Shown: positions 9,982-19,862, counted from the first letter of the stretch. The stretch is DNA of 64,000 nucleotides from a virus (IMGVR_UViG_2684623237_000002:1-64000); one strand, 5' to 3'. Notes: generated by a model not told the origin, from the sequence alone. Numbers and translations are program-made.

Positions 9982-12059
9982 GCGGCTTTGATAACTACAG
10001 CCAGCTTTTGCCATGGATCGTTGGCCCGAGCTAAGACAGCCATCGGCGGTGGGCTTACGCTGTTGCCGCACATGTGCACCTGTTGTGTCTTGGTGAACGG
10101 CTTGCCGTCGGCGCCGTGGCTGATGATGTAATCAGCGGGGAAGCCCTGAGCCTTGTACAGCTCGGACGGCTTCAGCATCCGCAGGCAGATGTCGACGATT
10201 ACGTAGGGGGTTCCCTTGACCATCACGGTGACCATTGCCAGGCGGTCCTTGGTGGTGATCGTCGGCGCCGGCGAATCGCAAGCGCTGATGTTCTCGGTAC
10301 CGTAGTAGCTGATCAGGAAAGCGGCTACGCGGAGGGCACCGGCTTCGTGCTCAGGCGATAACGTGAGCGAAACCAGCGAGCTCTTGCCGCCGCCACCGGC
10401 AGTAATGGTCGGCGCCGGTTCTTCCAGGCCCTGACCAATGCTGCCGCCGAATGCTCGCTCCATGAATGCGCTGACCAACCCGTGGTGCTGGCCACCGGCG
10501 CTGACGGTGTGCAGCGGGTCATTGACGTCCCGGGCATCGCAGTTGCCGCGCAAGTGCACCAGGTTCGCCGCCACCAGCTGTTGCTGGCTGCCGGTGTTGG
10601 TCACCGTGGTCATCGGGTCCTCGATGCTCTTGGCGTCGGTGGTGTTGAAGCCACCATTCATCTGGGCCATGAACACCGTGGAGATGCCCATAGCGTGGGC
10701 AGCCCCGGCCGGGCGCTGATAGTTGCCGCCGCTGGTGATGGTCGGCAGTGGCTCGTCCAGCGCCTTTCCCGCGTCATCAAAGCGAAACTTCACCAGATGC
10801 GCCGCTGCGATCGCGCGGTGGTTCTGTGTCGTGACTGTACCTGTCGGCTGGTCGACGCTCACCGGCTTACCGGAATACTCTGGGCCGCCCGCCCCAACCA
10901 TCAACGGGCTGATCAGCGTCAGCTCGCCGCGATTCGCGCACGTTACCGTGGGCAGAGGATCAAGCGGGTCATTGATACGATCGCTGCCCTGATGCGTTGC
11001 CGGTGCGATGATTGGGCTCACCACCGAGAAGGCGCCGCCCTTTGGGTAGGAGGTGATGGTGCGCAGCGGCTCGTCTGCCGATTGCACAGTCTCGCCTGAC
11101 CAGTTGGCAATCGGCACAATGAACGGCGCCGCGCTATCGATGACGAACTTCTTCATGCCCTTGGCAACACGGCGCAGGGTGGCCGGGGCCAGGTCTTTCT
11201 TGCGGCCGAAAATGCTCTTGCCCAGGTCGGTGAAGTCGATGCAGTCAGCGGCGGTTTTCCACTTTTGCTGACCCTTAACGGGGTTCTTGGCGTGGGTTGG
11301 CTCCGGCCACACAATCGGCTCGCCGTCGCACCTGGCGATCATGAACAGGCGTTCCCGGCTGGTCGGCGCGCCGAAGTCGCAAGCCTTGATGACTTTCCAT
11401 TCAACGACGTAACCCATGCCCTCCAGCAGCGCCACGAAGCGGCGCCAGGTGCGGCCGCGCTGCTTCGGGTCAGGCACCAAGAACTGGTTGGAAACCGGAA
11501 CCTGTTCGCCTGGCGCCGCCACTCGGTTGGTAGTCGCGCCCTTTTTGGTTGGGTGCGGAATCTGGTCAAGGGTCACCACGCGGCCGGTGGCCTTGTCGCG
11601 CTTGGCGATCAACCGGCCCCACTGCAGGATCTGTTTCACGTTCTCTAGGCTGATCACCCTGGGCCGCTTCATGCCTGCCCACTTGAGGCCGATCCACGAC
11701 AGGTTGCGGATCTCACGCTTGCGCGGTTGCCCGCCGGCCGCCTGGCTGTGGTGCGTGCAGTCCGGTGACATGTGGAACCAGCCGACGGCCTTGCCGCCAC
11801 ACTCGGTGTCAGGGTCACCCTCGAACACGTCGGTGGTGAAGTGCTGGGCGCCTGGGTGGTTCATGGTGTGCATGCTGATCGCTTGCGGACTGTGGTTCTT
11901 GGCGACGTTCACCGCGCGGCCCAGGCCGATCTCCAGGCCGGTACCGGCACCACCACCACCGCAGAAGAAGTCGACAACGATCTCATCGTCCTGAGGGTTG
12001 AAGCCGAGTCCGTATTGGGTTTTGAAATCGAAGGGGTGTTTCTTCTGTTGTGCGGACAT
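9978..12059 (-). CDS. DNA cytosine-C5 methyltransferase
   Basis: DFFCGGGG (I), SPDC (IV), ENV (VI), RERLF (VIII), GNSV (X). Confidence 0.93.
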   Translation of the reverse strand: MSAQQKKHPFDFKTQYGLGFNPQDDEIVVDFFCGGGGAGTGLEIGLGRAVNVAKNHSPQAISMHTMNHPGAQHFTTDVFEGDPDTECGGKAVGWFHMSPDCTHHSQAAGGQPRKREIRNLSWIGLKWAGMKRPRVISLENVKQILQWGRLIAKRDKATGRVVTLDQIPHPTKKGATTNRVAAPGEQVPVSNQFLVPDPKQRGRTWRRFVALLEGMGYVVEWKVIKACDFGAPTSRERLFMIARCDGEPIVWPEPTHAKNPVKGQQKWKTAADCIDFTDLGKSIFGRKKDLAPATLRRVAKGMKKFVIDSAAPFIVPIANWSGETVQSADEPLRTITSYPKGGAFSVVSPIIAPATHQGSDRINDPLDPLPTVTCANRGELTLISPLMVGAGGPEYSGKPVSVDQPTGTVTTQNHRAIAAAHLVKFRFDDAGKALDEPLPTITSGGNYQRPAGAAHAMGISTVFMAQMNGGFNTTDAKSIEDPMTTVTNTGSQQQLVAANLVHLRGNCDARDVNDPLHTVSAGGQHHGLVSAFMERAFGGSIGQGLEEPAPTITAGGGGKSSLVSLTLSPEHEAGALRVAAFLISYYGTENISACDSPAPTITTKDRLAMVTVMVKGTPYVIVDICLRMLKPSELYKAQGFPADYIISHGADGKPFTKTQQVHMCGNSVSPPPMAVLARANDPWQKLAVVIKAA

Positions 12060-12154
12060 AGGGGATCCTCGCCTAGGTGGCGTGAGTTGATGATTTGAGG
12101 TATTCAGAAGGTTGTGGGCGGCAATGTGCCATCCTTATAAGCAAGGAGTTTTGC

Positions 12155-12451
12155 GTGGAGCAGGTCAGAGCTGCATTTGCTGAGGCAATTTCTGAAGCAA
12201 TCAGGGAATGCCACGAGTTCGGATATCACCCAACTAAATGGGAGGCGATGAACCGCGCCCAGCATCCGGTCGAAGCATCGATCAAACTGGTTCAGTCCCC
12301 CGAGTTTCAAGATGGCTTCAGGAAGCTATTGCGAGAGGGAAGGGAGCACCTGACAGTGGAGGCGATCATGCTCAGACCCGAGTTCGCTTCCCTGTTCAGC
12401 AGTCAGCTCCTCCAAGCCGCTAGGTGGCGATTGCAGTCCGCCCCCCGTTAA
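12155..12451 (+). CDS. Cargo gene, small hypothetical protein
   Basis: AAGGAG SD and GTG start; GYHPT...DGF..L...LTVEA...PEF..LF motif. Confidence 0.65.
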   Translation: MEQVRAAFAEAISEAIRECHEFGYHPTKWEAMNRAQHPVEASIKLVQSPEFQDGFRKLLREGREHLTVEAIMLRPEFASLFSSQLLQAARWRLQSAPR

Positions 12452-12778
12452 ATCTGGTGATGCAGCGCGCCGGCGCTCCATTTGCCGAGGCCGGCGAACA
12501 AATCGATTGCTGTTTTCGTAGAAGAGTTGCCGCGAGCCCCTCACGAGGCTCGGGCCTTAGATTGACTTACAGGATGCCGAACTTGTATTGGATGAATTTG
12601 AGTGCGACAGCACCCCAGAAAAGGCCGGACGAAAAGGTCTTTAAGAGTTCTTTGTTGCAGTTGCAGCTCATACGTTGCCCTCACTAGATCAATCACAAGC
12701 GGAATGCCTGTTACCTAATAGTGGAAAGGCACAGCCCCTTTTTGGCGGTATAGGTGACCAAATCTTGTAAAATAAAGA

Positions 12779-13648
12779 TCAGTCGCCGCAGAAACAGGCA
12801 ATGGCCTCGTCGTGGTCGGCGAACATATCGAACTGTCTGTCGGAGTAGTCGAGCATCTGCTGGTAGCTGGGCCGGTCGCTGCGGAAGCGGGCGCCGTCGC
12901 CGGTGAACTTCCCGCCGGAAACAACTGAGCTCTCCATGCGTGCCCACCAATCACCCTTGCGGATCGGTTCATCGCGGTCGCTAGCGATGATTGAATAGAC
13001 CTGCTTGGCACCTTTTAGGAAGCAAAGGTCGCAGTTGCCTTCCAGCGTCCTGCCGTTGATCGTCGGCAGCATCAGGTCGAACGGTTGGCCTGCCCAGAAG
13101 TCGGTCACGTCTTGCACGCCGACACCGGCGTCAGCCAGCGGCATAACCATAGTTGCCCATTTGCTTTCGCTGGTGCTTTTGCGGTGGCGGATCTTCACGA
13201 CACGTCGCGGCTCATCAGCACGGATGCCTGTCATCATGTCCACCGGCACTTCCTCGGTCGAAAGGCCCAGGCTGCGCAGGTACTTGTGAATGATGCGGAT
13301 CTTCAGGTCGATGGTGCAGAACCTGGTTACAGGGTTGGGCAGGTACTTGCGTTTGCGGATCAGGGCCTCGAACGGCTCGCCCTGTCGGCTTGCAGTGTCG
13401 TAATCCACTACTGCAAATCCCGCGTCATCGTCCCGAAACTCCAGCCAGACAATCGGCACTGCCCAGCGCTCTGCGCATTCCCGGACGAACTCCAGGGTGG
13501 CCGGATGCTCCTTCCCGGTATTGGCGAAGGTGACGACCAGATCGCTCAGGTCTTCGTTGTTGTCCAGCACCTGGCGCAGCATGTAGGCGCTGGTGCGACC
13601 GCCGGAAAAGCTGACGACCGTCGTCCCGGACAATTTGTAGGGAGACAT
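12779..13648 (-). CDS. PAPS-reductase-like (PP-loop) phage protein
   Basis: SFSGGRTS, ANTGKEH, GIRADE, NCDLCF, C-terminal CFCGD. Confidence 0.85.
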   Translation of the reverse strand: MSPYKLSGTTVVSFSGGRTSAYMLRQVLDNNEDLSDLVVTFANTGKEHPATLEFVRECAERWAVPIVWLEFRDDDAGFAVVDYDTASRQGEPFEALIRKRKYLPNPVTRFCTIDLKIRIIHKYLRSLGLSTEEVPVDMMTGIRADEPRRVVKIRHRKSTSESKWATMVMPLADAGVGVQDVTDFWAGQPFDLMLPTINGRTLEGNCDLCFLKGAKQVYSIIASDRDEPIRKGDWWARMESSVVSGGKFTGDGARFRSDRPSYQQMLDYSDRQFDMFADHDEAIACFCGD

Positions 13649-13731
13649 AGGGGATCCTCGCCGGCTGGCGTGATTCGTTGATATGGGGTATTACGGGTGA
13701 CCGGCATGGGGCCGGGTTACGGAGATGCTTA

Positions 13732-14106
13732 ATGGATGCAGCGGTCGCAGGGCTTATTGGTGCCGGGATAGGAGCTGCAAGCTCGGTCTTGACTATTTGG
13801 TTCCAGTCTTATTACTTGGCGAAGCGAGAGCGGGCTAAAGCGGTTCTGGACTTCTCTATTCGGCATAGAGCCGAGGTAGTGGAAAATGCAGATAAAATTT
13901 CCGGCCCGGTAACTGTACTGCCACTCGCCGTTTACGTGCATTTTCAGCAAGGCATGCTAGATATAGTTGAGTCAGGAAAGGTGACCACAGAAGCTCTAGT
14001 TCGGTTAAGGAAGGATAACGATGAACTCGTCGAAAAACTTTCTGAGATGGATAGTCCAAAGTCGCCAGATGCAAGGCGAACTTACATTCCAACTGGGGAC
14101 CGGTAA
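13732..14106 (+). CDS. Cargo gene, protein with N-terminal TM segment
   Basis: GGAG SD; AGLIGAGIGAASS helix; opposite strand. Confidence 0.65.
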   Translation: MDAAVAGLIGAGIGAASSVLTIWFQSYYLAKRERAKAVLDFSIRHRAEVVENADKISGPVTVLPLAVYVHFQQGMLDIVESGKVTTEALVRLRKDNDELVEKLSEMDSPKSPDARRTYIPTGDR

Positions 14107-14230
14107 TCCTGATTTTCGTTAGAAACGCCAAGAGTTTCGCGGTTGTTATTGATCTTCAATTTCCGCGACACCTTTCGCCTTTTGTGAGTAGGTGCCGCGC
14201 TCCTTTACCGGGTGCAGCGAGTAGGGTGGG

Positions 14231-14542
14231 TTATGCTTCTTCGGCGTCGAGCCGTGATGCTTGGCGCTGGCCTATGGCGTAAAGTTCTGCCGCCACGTTT
14301 TCGTTAACTTCGATTTTGTGGCGCGAACGGAGCGCTTCACGTGCGCCATCGCGGCCGAGTGAGTGGACATAGCGCAGGGCGCCGGCCATTACCGAGGCCT
14401 GCTCAGTGTCTTCAGTCCAGGCCATGAGGTCGGCGAGCATCCGCTTTTCGCCTGCCCGCACCCGGTGCCGAAGCTCTTCCTCGCCAAGCTCCTTGCGTTT
14501 CGCCGCGCTCTTTGCAGATCGCGTCTTTTGATCCATGGCCAT
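14231..14542 (-). CDS. Phage hypothetical protein
   Basis: 103-aa ORF with SD. Confidence 0.65.
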   Translation of the reverse strand: MAMDQKTRSAKSAAKRKELGEEELRHRVRAGEKRMLADLMAWTEDTEQASVMAGALRYVHSLGRDGAREALRSRHKIEVNENVAAELYAIGQRQASRLDAEEA

Positions 14543-14611
14543 GGCCTACCTCTTCTATTCCGCTGGCCGGCAGTGCGAGCCAGGTTTGTCTTTTGCGTTG
14601 CTGGATGCGGG

Positions 14612-15082
14612 CTATGCGGCGCATGAATCGACCTTCACCTGGTGCCAGGCACCGACTGCTTCGAAGATGCGCGCCGCGTGGGCCTCGTCCAGCGATAGGG
14701 TGTCGGGGATGGCGATCCAGCCAGAAGCCACCATCTGACTTTGGTTGGCCTCGTCGCGCAGCTTCTTGTAGCAATGCTCGATCACGTCTTCCAGGTGGTC
14801 GGAGAGGTAAACGCCATCGGGCGCCACCTCCACCGACTTGCTGTATCTGTCACCGCGGGCGTCGATGCAGAGGGCGCTGAGGTAGATCGTCCACCGGTGA
14901 GGGATGCCGCAGACAGCCTGGCCAATCTTCCCTGGAGCGATGTTCTTCAGCGACTTGTAATTGATCATGCCCTGGCGGCCACTGGGGTCGATGTTCACCA
15001 CTGCGACATGGTTGGTTGCCAGCAATGATCGGCACGAACGGGCGATGCGTGCCTGAAAATTGTGCGGCTTGCGCTTTTTCAT
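14612..15082 (-). CDS. Phage hypothetical protein
   Basis: GGAGG SD; overlaps the upstream stop. Confidence 0.7.
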   Translation of the reverse strand: MKKRKPHNFQARIARSCRSLLATNHVAVVNIDPSGRQGMINYKSLKNIAPGKIGQAVCGIPHRWTIYLSALCIDARGDRYSKSVEVAPDGVYLSDHLEDVIEHCYKKLRDEANQSQMVASGWIAIPDTLSLDEAHAARIFEAVGAWHQVKVDSCAA

Positions 15083-15321
15083 AAAGCCTCCGCGAGTTTG
15101 CGCAGCGCTTCACGCTCGGCCCGGGTGATGGGCGGCTTGCGGCGCTTGAGGATGGTTGCCGGGTCGATGAATTCCGAACGCTTCGCCGGGTCTGGATTGA
15201 TCGCCGGGCTATCGCCGATGGTGAGCTTGCCGCCGGCGGCCAGGTGCCGCCGGACCTGACTGGAAAGCTCCAGCGCTTTCTCGCGCCGAAACTCGATGTC
15301 TGATTTCAGGTTACTGATCAT
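15079..15321 (-). CDS. Phage hypothetical protein
   Basis: 80-aa ORF in the operon. Confidence 0.65.
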   Translation of the reverse strand: MISNLKSDIEFRREKALELSSQVRRHLAAGGKLTIGDSPAINPDPAKRSEFIDPATILKRRKPPITRAEREALRKLAEAL

Positions 15322-15323
15322 GA

Positions 15324-15986
15324 TCAGGCTCCTAGGCGACGGGCTTGCGCCCGGGCTTTGTCTGCTACCTCATCAACCATGCGATTGAGCTCCAGGTTGA
15401 ACTGAACCAGCTCTTTGTGCAGGTTGGCGATGTAGTCTTCGTCGCGATAAATCGTCTCGATATAGAGCTGACACTCTTCATCTTGGCGGGAATCGAAAGA
15501 CAGAAAGTCCCACCACTTGCGACCTGTAACGAACATGCAGCCCTGAATCTGCGGCATATGCTCTTCGGGCATCCCTTCCAGCCAGGTCCTGACGTGTATC
15601 GCCTCGTTGAAGGGGCACTTCGACTCGGTGCCCCCATCATCGTTGATAAGGCCGTCTGGTGAGCAGCCGAGCCAGTCGTACTTCGGGTGAACGATGAACT
15701 CCGACGGCTGGACGATGTTGCCGGTCAACATCTCGTAGGCGTCCTGGGCCTTTTGCTCTTCGATGTGGCCCCACTTCATAGAGGCGCTGCTGACATTGTG
15801 CTTGGACTTCTTTGCCAGTCGCTCGAAGCACAGTTCGCGCATGTATGAGGTGCGCGCGCCCATCGGCTCGCGCTTCCCATTTTTATCAGGCTTCCCCCAG
15901 GCCATAACGTCTTTAAAGCGGCTGGCTGTTACGCGACCAGATCGGTCCGCACGCCACTTTTCAGTGCCCTGAAGTTCCGTCCTCAC
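15324..15986 (-). CDS. YqaJ/lambda-exonuclease family protein
   Basis: RSGRVTAS, WGH..E, CSPDG, ESKCP, QIQ motifs. Confidence 0.93.
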   Translation of the reverse strand: MRTELQGTEKWRADRSGRVTASRFKDVMAWGKPDKNGKREPMGARTSYMRELCFERLAKKSKHNVSSASMKWGHIEEQKAQDAYEMLTGNIVQPSEFIVHPKYDWLGCSPDGLINDDGGTESKCPFNEAIHVRTWLEGMPEEHMPQIQGCMFVTGRKWWDFLSFDSRQDEECQLYIETIYRDEDYIANLHKELVQFNLELNRMVDEVADKARAQARRLGA

Positions 15987-16975
15987 TATGCCGCCTCCTC
16001 TGCCTGGGACTGGTCGCCGTTATGGCCGGTCATATCTGTAAAGTCGGCATCGACGGTCGCCGCCATGGCTTTGAGGGCTTCGTGGCACTCCAGCCCGATT
16101 GCTGCACGTTGCTTTGGCTTGAGACCTGCCCATGCTGCCGCATAGGCCTCGATGTCCTGCTGCTTCGCGACGACCAGTAGGTCTGCGAAAACACCGTCAA
16201 TTTCTGGTGAGGGGGATTTGGGGCCAAACGAAACGCCAGCAGCGGCAGCAGTATTTGCAGCATGCTTGGTAGGAGTGATGTCGATCTCGCCACCGTATGA
16301 GTCCTCGAATTCGTCGGGCGTGTAAACGCCGAGGATCACGTCAGGGCAGAAGAGGCGGGCCCATTTTTTTGTCACCAAGTAGGCGATCTGTTGCTTCGGG
16401 TCTTCCGCCCAAAGTGTGGAGTTGCGTGTGCGAACCTGGGTAAGCAGAAGCTCCAAAACCCGCGGCTCATCTTCGCCCTTGAAGGTCGCCCAGACTTTAA
16501 TGCCGAGCCCTTTCTCATCATCAAAACTCCAGGCTGGAACGCGGTATTTTTTAAACTCGCCGGTGTCCTCGTCCTTCTTCGTTTTGCTGGTGACTTCGCG
16601 CATCTTCCCGATGACGTTTTCCCAAGCGCCGAACCATTCAAAATTCAATCGACCTTTGACTGGTGCCTTGGCGGTGATCACTGCATTAACGAGCTGCGCC
16701 TCATAGCTCAAAGCGCCACCGTTGACGATGAACGTCTTCTGCGCGACAGCGAAGGGATTCATCTGCCACTGCATGGCCTGCAGTACTACAGCCATGCAGT
16801 CGGCTTGATTGCCCTTCAGGTGTTTTGGCACTGTGGTAACACCCTTCGACATCATCATCGCCAGGTCGCTCATCGACCTCATGGTGCCTGGGTCGAGTAT
16901 GAGCGCCGCGGCGTTGTGCGATGGATCGTGGTACGTGGCGATGCCGGTTTGTGCTTGTGTGTCTGATTCGTTCAT
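15986..16975 (-). CDS. recT: RecT-family ssDNA annealing protein
   Basis: DCMAVVLQAMQWQMNPFAVAQKT...PDVILGVYTPDE; adjacent to the exonuclease. Confidence 0.85.
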   Translation of the reverse strand: MNESDTQAQTGIATYHDPSHNAAALILDPGTMRSMSDLAMMMSKGVTTVPKHLKGNQADCMAVVLQAMQWQMNPFAVAQKTFIVNGGALSYEAQLVNAVITAKAPVKGRLNFEWFGAWENVIGKMREVTSKTKKDEDTGEFKKYRVPAWSFDDEKGLGIKVWATFKGEDEPRVLELLLTQVRTRNSTLWAEDPKQQIAYLVTKKWARLFCPDVILGVYTPDEFEDSYGGEIDITPTKHAANTAAAAGVSFGPKSPSPEIDGVFADLLVVAKQQDIEAYAAAWAGLKPKQRAAIGLECHEALKAMAATVDADFTDMTGHNGDQSQAEEAA

Positions 16976-17028
16976 TGCGCTCTCCCTGGCCGACAAGGAA
17001 TGTGTCGGCTTTCGGGTGGAAAGGGTGG

Positions 17029-18189
17029 TTAGAAGCGGATGGCGCGTAGCCAAGCGTGGGCAGTGTCGAGAGGTACGTCGAAGCCCAGCGCTACAACCTC
17101 GATAATGTCTTCAACTGCCGGCGCGGTCGTAGTCAAATCGTCCTGTTCAGCGTCGGTCGCCTGTGATCTGACTGGTGCGACCTCGGCCTTCGCTTCGATC
17201 GAGGCAGGAGCCGTAGCAATGACCGGGACCGGCGCGGCAGCTTGGGCGCGCAGACGGGCCAGTTCTTCTTGGTCACGCTGATATTGGGCGTCGCGCTCGC
17301 GCTGCTGGCGCTGCTGTTCTTCTTGCTGCTCGCGCTGTTGGCGTTGCTGGGCTTCCATGTCACGACGCTGCTGGTCCAGTTCGTCCTGCTGCTTCTTTAA
17401 CCGCAGACGGTCTTCCTCGGCGCGCTGCTTACGCAGTTCTTCAGCCTCAGCGTCGGCGATGCGTTGTTTCTCGCGCAGGTCGTCCAGCTCTTTCTGCTGA
17501 GCCAGCAGCTTGGCAGCAGCTTCCTCTCGATCAATGGCAGCCTTGTGTAGCGCTTCCAATTGCTCAATGGCGTTGTCGCGAGCGATGGTGCCTTCGGCTT
17601 CAAATTCGCCATATTCTTCGGGGAGGATCACCGACTCCTTAACGCCTTTCAGAATTCCGGCGACGTCGGCAGCGCTGCGGCTTGCGTATGCGGCAGCGAC
17701 AGAGCTGAAGCGGGTAATCTTGGCCCGGATGGCGTCGACACGCTCAGCCTCGACACGCTCGCGCTCTGCCTTGGCATCAGCAATGCGCTTTTCTTCGGCC
17801 TTGATTGCTTCGTCAACAGGAGTCTCGATTGCCAAGACTCGATCTTTCAGCGTATCGCCGAACTCCTTTACTTGGTTGACGCGAGCCTGGGCGTCTTTAA
17901 CCGCCTGCTGGTAGGGAACCAGTGCCGTTTTGGTGGTGTTGGCTAGGGCATAACGCACGTCGCGGATATCGACGCGAACTTCCTTTGCATTCGCCAAGCC
18001 TTCGCTGGTCGAGCAGTCAACCACCAGCTTCCCGTAGGTTGTCTCTAGGCGAACGATTTGCTCCTCGTGCGGCCGATACTCCGCGATGTCGGTGACGGCG
18101 ACAGCAGGGGCAATGGACTTCTTGGATTCTTCCGTTTCGCTCATTTCGAGCGATTCTTGTGCGGGTGCTTTTTTAGGATTGGTGGACAT
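17029..18189 (-). CDS. Phage coiled-coil protein
   Basis: Q/E/R-rich heptads. Confidence 0.75.
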   Translation of the reverse strand: MSTNPKKAPAQESLEMSETEESKKSIAPAVAVTDIAEYRPHEEQIVRLETTYGKLVVDCSTSEGLANAKEVRVDIRDVRYALANTTKTALVPYQQAVKDAQARVNQVKEFGDTLKDRVLAIETPVDEAIKAEEKRIADAKAERERVEAERVDAIRAKITRFSSVAAAYASRSAADVAGILKGVKESVILPEEYGEFEAEGTIARDNAIEQLEALHKAAIDREEAAAKLLAQQKELDDLREKQRIADAEAEELRKQRAEEDRLRLKKQQDELDQQRRDMEAQQRQQREQQEEQQRQQRERDAQYQRDQEELARLRAQAAAPVPVIATAPASIEAKAEVAPVRSQATDAEQDDLTTTAPAVEDIIEVVALGFDVPLDTAHAWLRAIRF

Positions 18190-18246
18190 GACGATCCCTC
18201 GCCGCGCCTGGCGCAGCATTGAAAGTTTTGTGGTGGGGTGGGGCCG

Positions 18247-18474
18247 TTAAGCGGCGGAAACGATAGAGGCGTTGTAGTTGGCGTAAATCTTGTCGATGCG
18301 CGCCCGGAAGTATCGATGTTCGGCCTCGTCAATGGCCCGCAGCATGAAGGCCAGGGTGACGCAGGATGTCGCCGCCGAACTGGCGTTGGGCTGGCCAAGG
18401 TTGCGGATCATGTTTTCGATCTCTGTCTCGATCCAGCTGACGGCGTTCTGGTGGTCTCGCTGGGCGGTGTTCAT
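18247..18474 (-). CDS. Phage hypothetical protein
   Basis: GGGGGAG SD; ATGA overlap. Confidence 0.6.
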   Translation of the reverse strand: MNTAQRDHQNAVSWIETEIENMIRNLGQPNASSAATSCVTLAFMLRAIDEAEHRYFRARIDKIYANYNASIVSAA

Positions 18475-18701
18475 GTATCTCCCCCAACCGGCGGACAAAT
18501 GCTTTCCATCTGAGCCATAACCAGTCCAATGCGACGCTTGAGGCTGGCACGCTCTGCGAGCCGGCGGACTTCACGCTCCGCCAAATCTTTCTCGGTGTAT
18601 TCGTGAAAGAGGGCGGCGCGGCTTTGCGGTGTTCGCTCCGGGAAGTCCCAGCGCCTGTCTGATTCACGGGCCTGGGCACTATCCGCGTAACTGGTCGGCA
18701 T
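18471..18701 (-). CDS. Phage hypothetical protein
   Basis: 76-aa ORF in the operon. Confidence 0.55.
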   Translation of the reverse strand: MPTSYADSAQARESDRRWDFPERTPQSRAALFHEYTEKDLAEREVRRLAERASLKRRIGLVMAQMESICPPVGGDT

Positions 18702-18945
18702 TGAGGGACTCCAGGCGCCGAGCGAGCGCGCAGGCTTCGTTGTGATCGCGGCGGAACCCCATCACTTTGTCGGTCCGGGTATCAACCACATGGAAGAAGT
18801 CACGTCCCGCCGGCTTCACTGTCATCCTGAAGCGGACCGCGGGCTCCGGCCGCCCAATCAGTCGGTAGAAGTCGGCAGTGGCGATGCGGGAGCGTTGACG
18901 CAAGCCATCGACGATGTCGCGGCGCGATTGGATGCTGTGGTGCAT
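18679..18945 (-). CDS. Phage hypothetical protein
   Basis: GGAGG SD; 88 aa. Confidence 0.65.
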   Translation of the reverse strand: MHHSIQSRRDIVDGLRQRSRIATADFYRLIGRPEPAVRFRMTVKPAGRDFFHVVDTRTDKVMGFRRDHNEACALARRLESLNADQLRG

Positions 18946-18966
18946 GGTGACCTCCAGTGTTTGAGG

Positions 18967-19209
18967 TTAGGTAGAGCGGGCGGCGAGCATCCGGTCGGCA
19001 ATTTCATAGGCATACTTCGCCGCGGTCGACAGGATCTCGTCTACCTCATTGCCTGCAGTTGCAAGCTCGCCGATTTCTCCGAAGCTCGGTGCGATCTTCA
19101 CAATTGCCTTCGCTGCGAAGTAGTCGCGCAGCGTCATGCCTGCTTCACCTTCATGCACGTAGTTGGCTTCGGTTCCTGGGAACGCTGGGCCGCCGGTTTC
19201 TGTCGTCAT
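18967..19209 (-). CDS. Conserved phage early protein (GGPAFP...GMTLRDYFAAKA type)
   Basis: Characteristic phage motif ending AYEIADRMLAAR. Confidence 0.75.
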   Translation of the reverse strand: MTTETGGPAFPGTEANYVHEGEAGMTLRDYFAAKAIVKIAPSFGEIGELATAGNEVDEILSTAAKYAYEIADRMLAARST

Positions 19210-19418
19210 GACTTTCTCCATTCGTTGGTTCACCTGTATTCGTCAACACTCATGCCTCCCGCTGGTTGCCGATGGGCGCGGGGGAGGAGTGCTGACGGGT
19301 AGAGGTGGGAATCCGAAAAATCGGATTGATATGAGAGGACAGGGAGTCCTCAATGCATTGCTGTAGGAATGGTGGAGCTGAGGCCCTGTTCAGTAAGCCA
19401 CCACTAGGGGAGGTGCGA

Positions 19419-19862
19419 TTACTGGTGAATGCTGGTCTTGCTGATGGCAATCCAAGAAATAGCGAATATGCCAGCAACAAATATCACCGGACTGCCGAAA
19501 ACTTTGTAGTAAAGCCAAAAATCAAATGGCGTGGAAAAAGCGACCGCAACGTTCAACACTGCCATAGTTGCGAGAAGCAACGCCAGTGAAAGTGCACACA
19601 TGCGCCATTGTGGTTTTGACAGATTTAAACGTTTTCCGAAAATGCATTGAAGTAGATTGAGCTTGAATCCGGCTTCAGCGATAACTACTACCAGAGCTAA
19701 TGATCCGTACAAAATTGTAGGCTTAATCAATATGACGAATGAGCTCGGCAGTAGGAGTTTTCCAAGCAGTACGCCAAATACCAAACCGAAAATTTGGAAC
19801 AATAGAAACGCGCGCCACAAAAGCGCAAAGGACAGCCTCAGCCAATTTTTTGTCACACTCAT
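19419..19862 (-). CDS. YciB/IspZ-like inner-membrane protein (cargo); start uncertain
   Basis: IKPTILY, FGKRLNL...W, LNVAVAF...WLYYKVFG resemble the YciB C-terminal half; AT-rich. Confidence 0.7.
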   Translation of the reverse strand: MSVTKNWLRLSFALLWRAFLLFQIFGLVFGVLLGKLLLPSSFVILIKPTILYGSLALVVVIAEAGFKLNLLQCIFGKRLNLSKPQWRMCALSLALLLATMAVLNVAVAFSTPFDFWLYYKVFGSPVIFVAGIFAISWIAISKTSIHQ

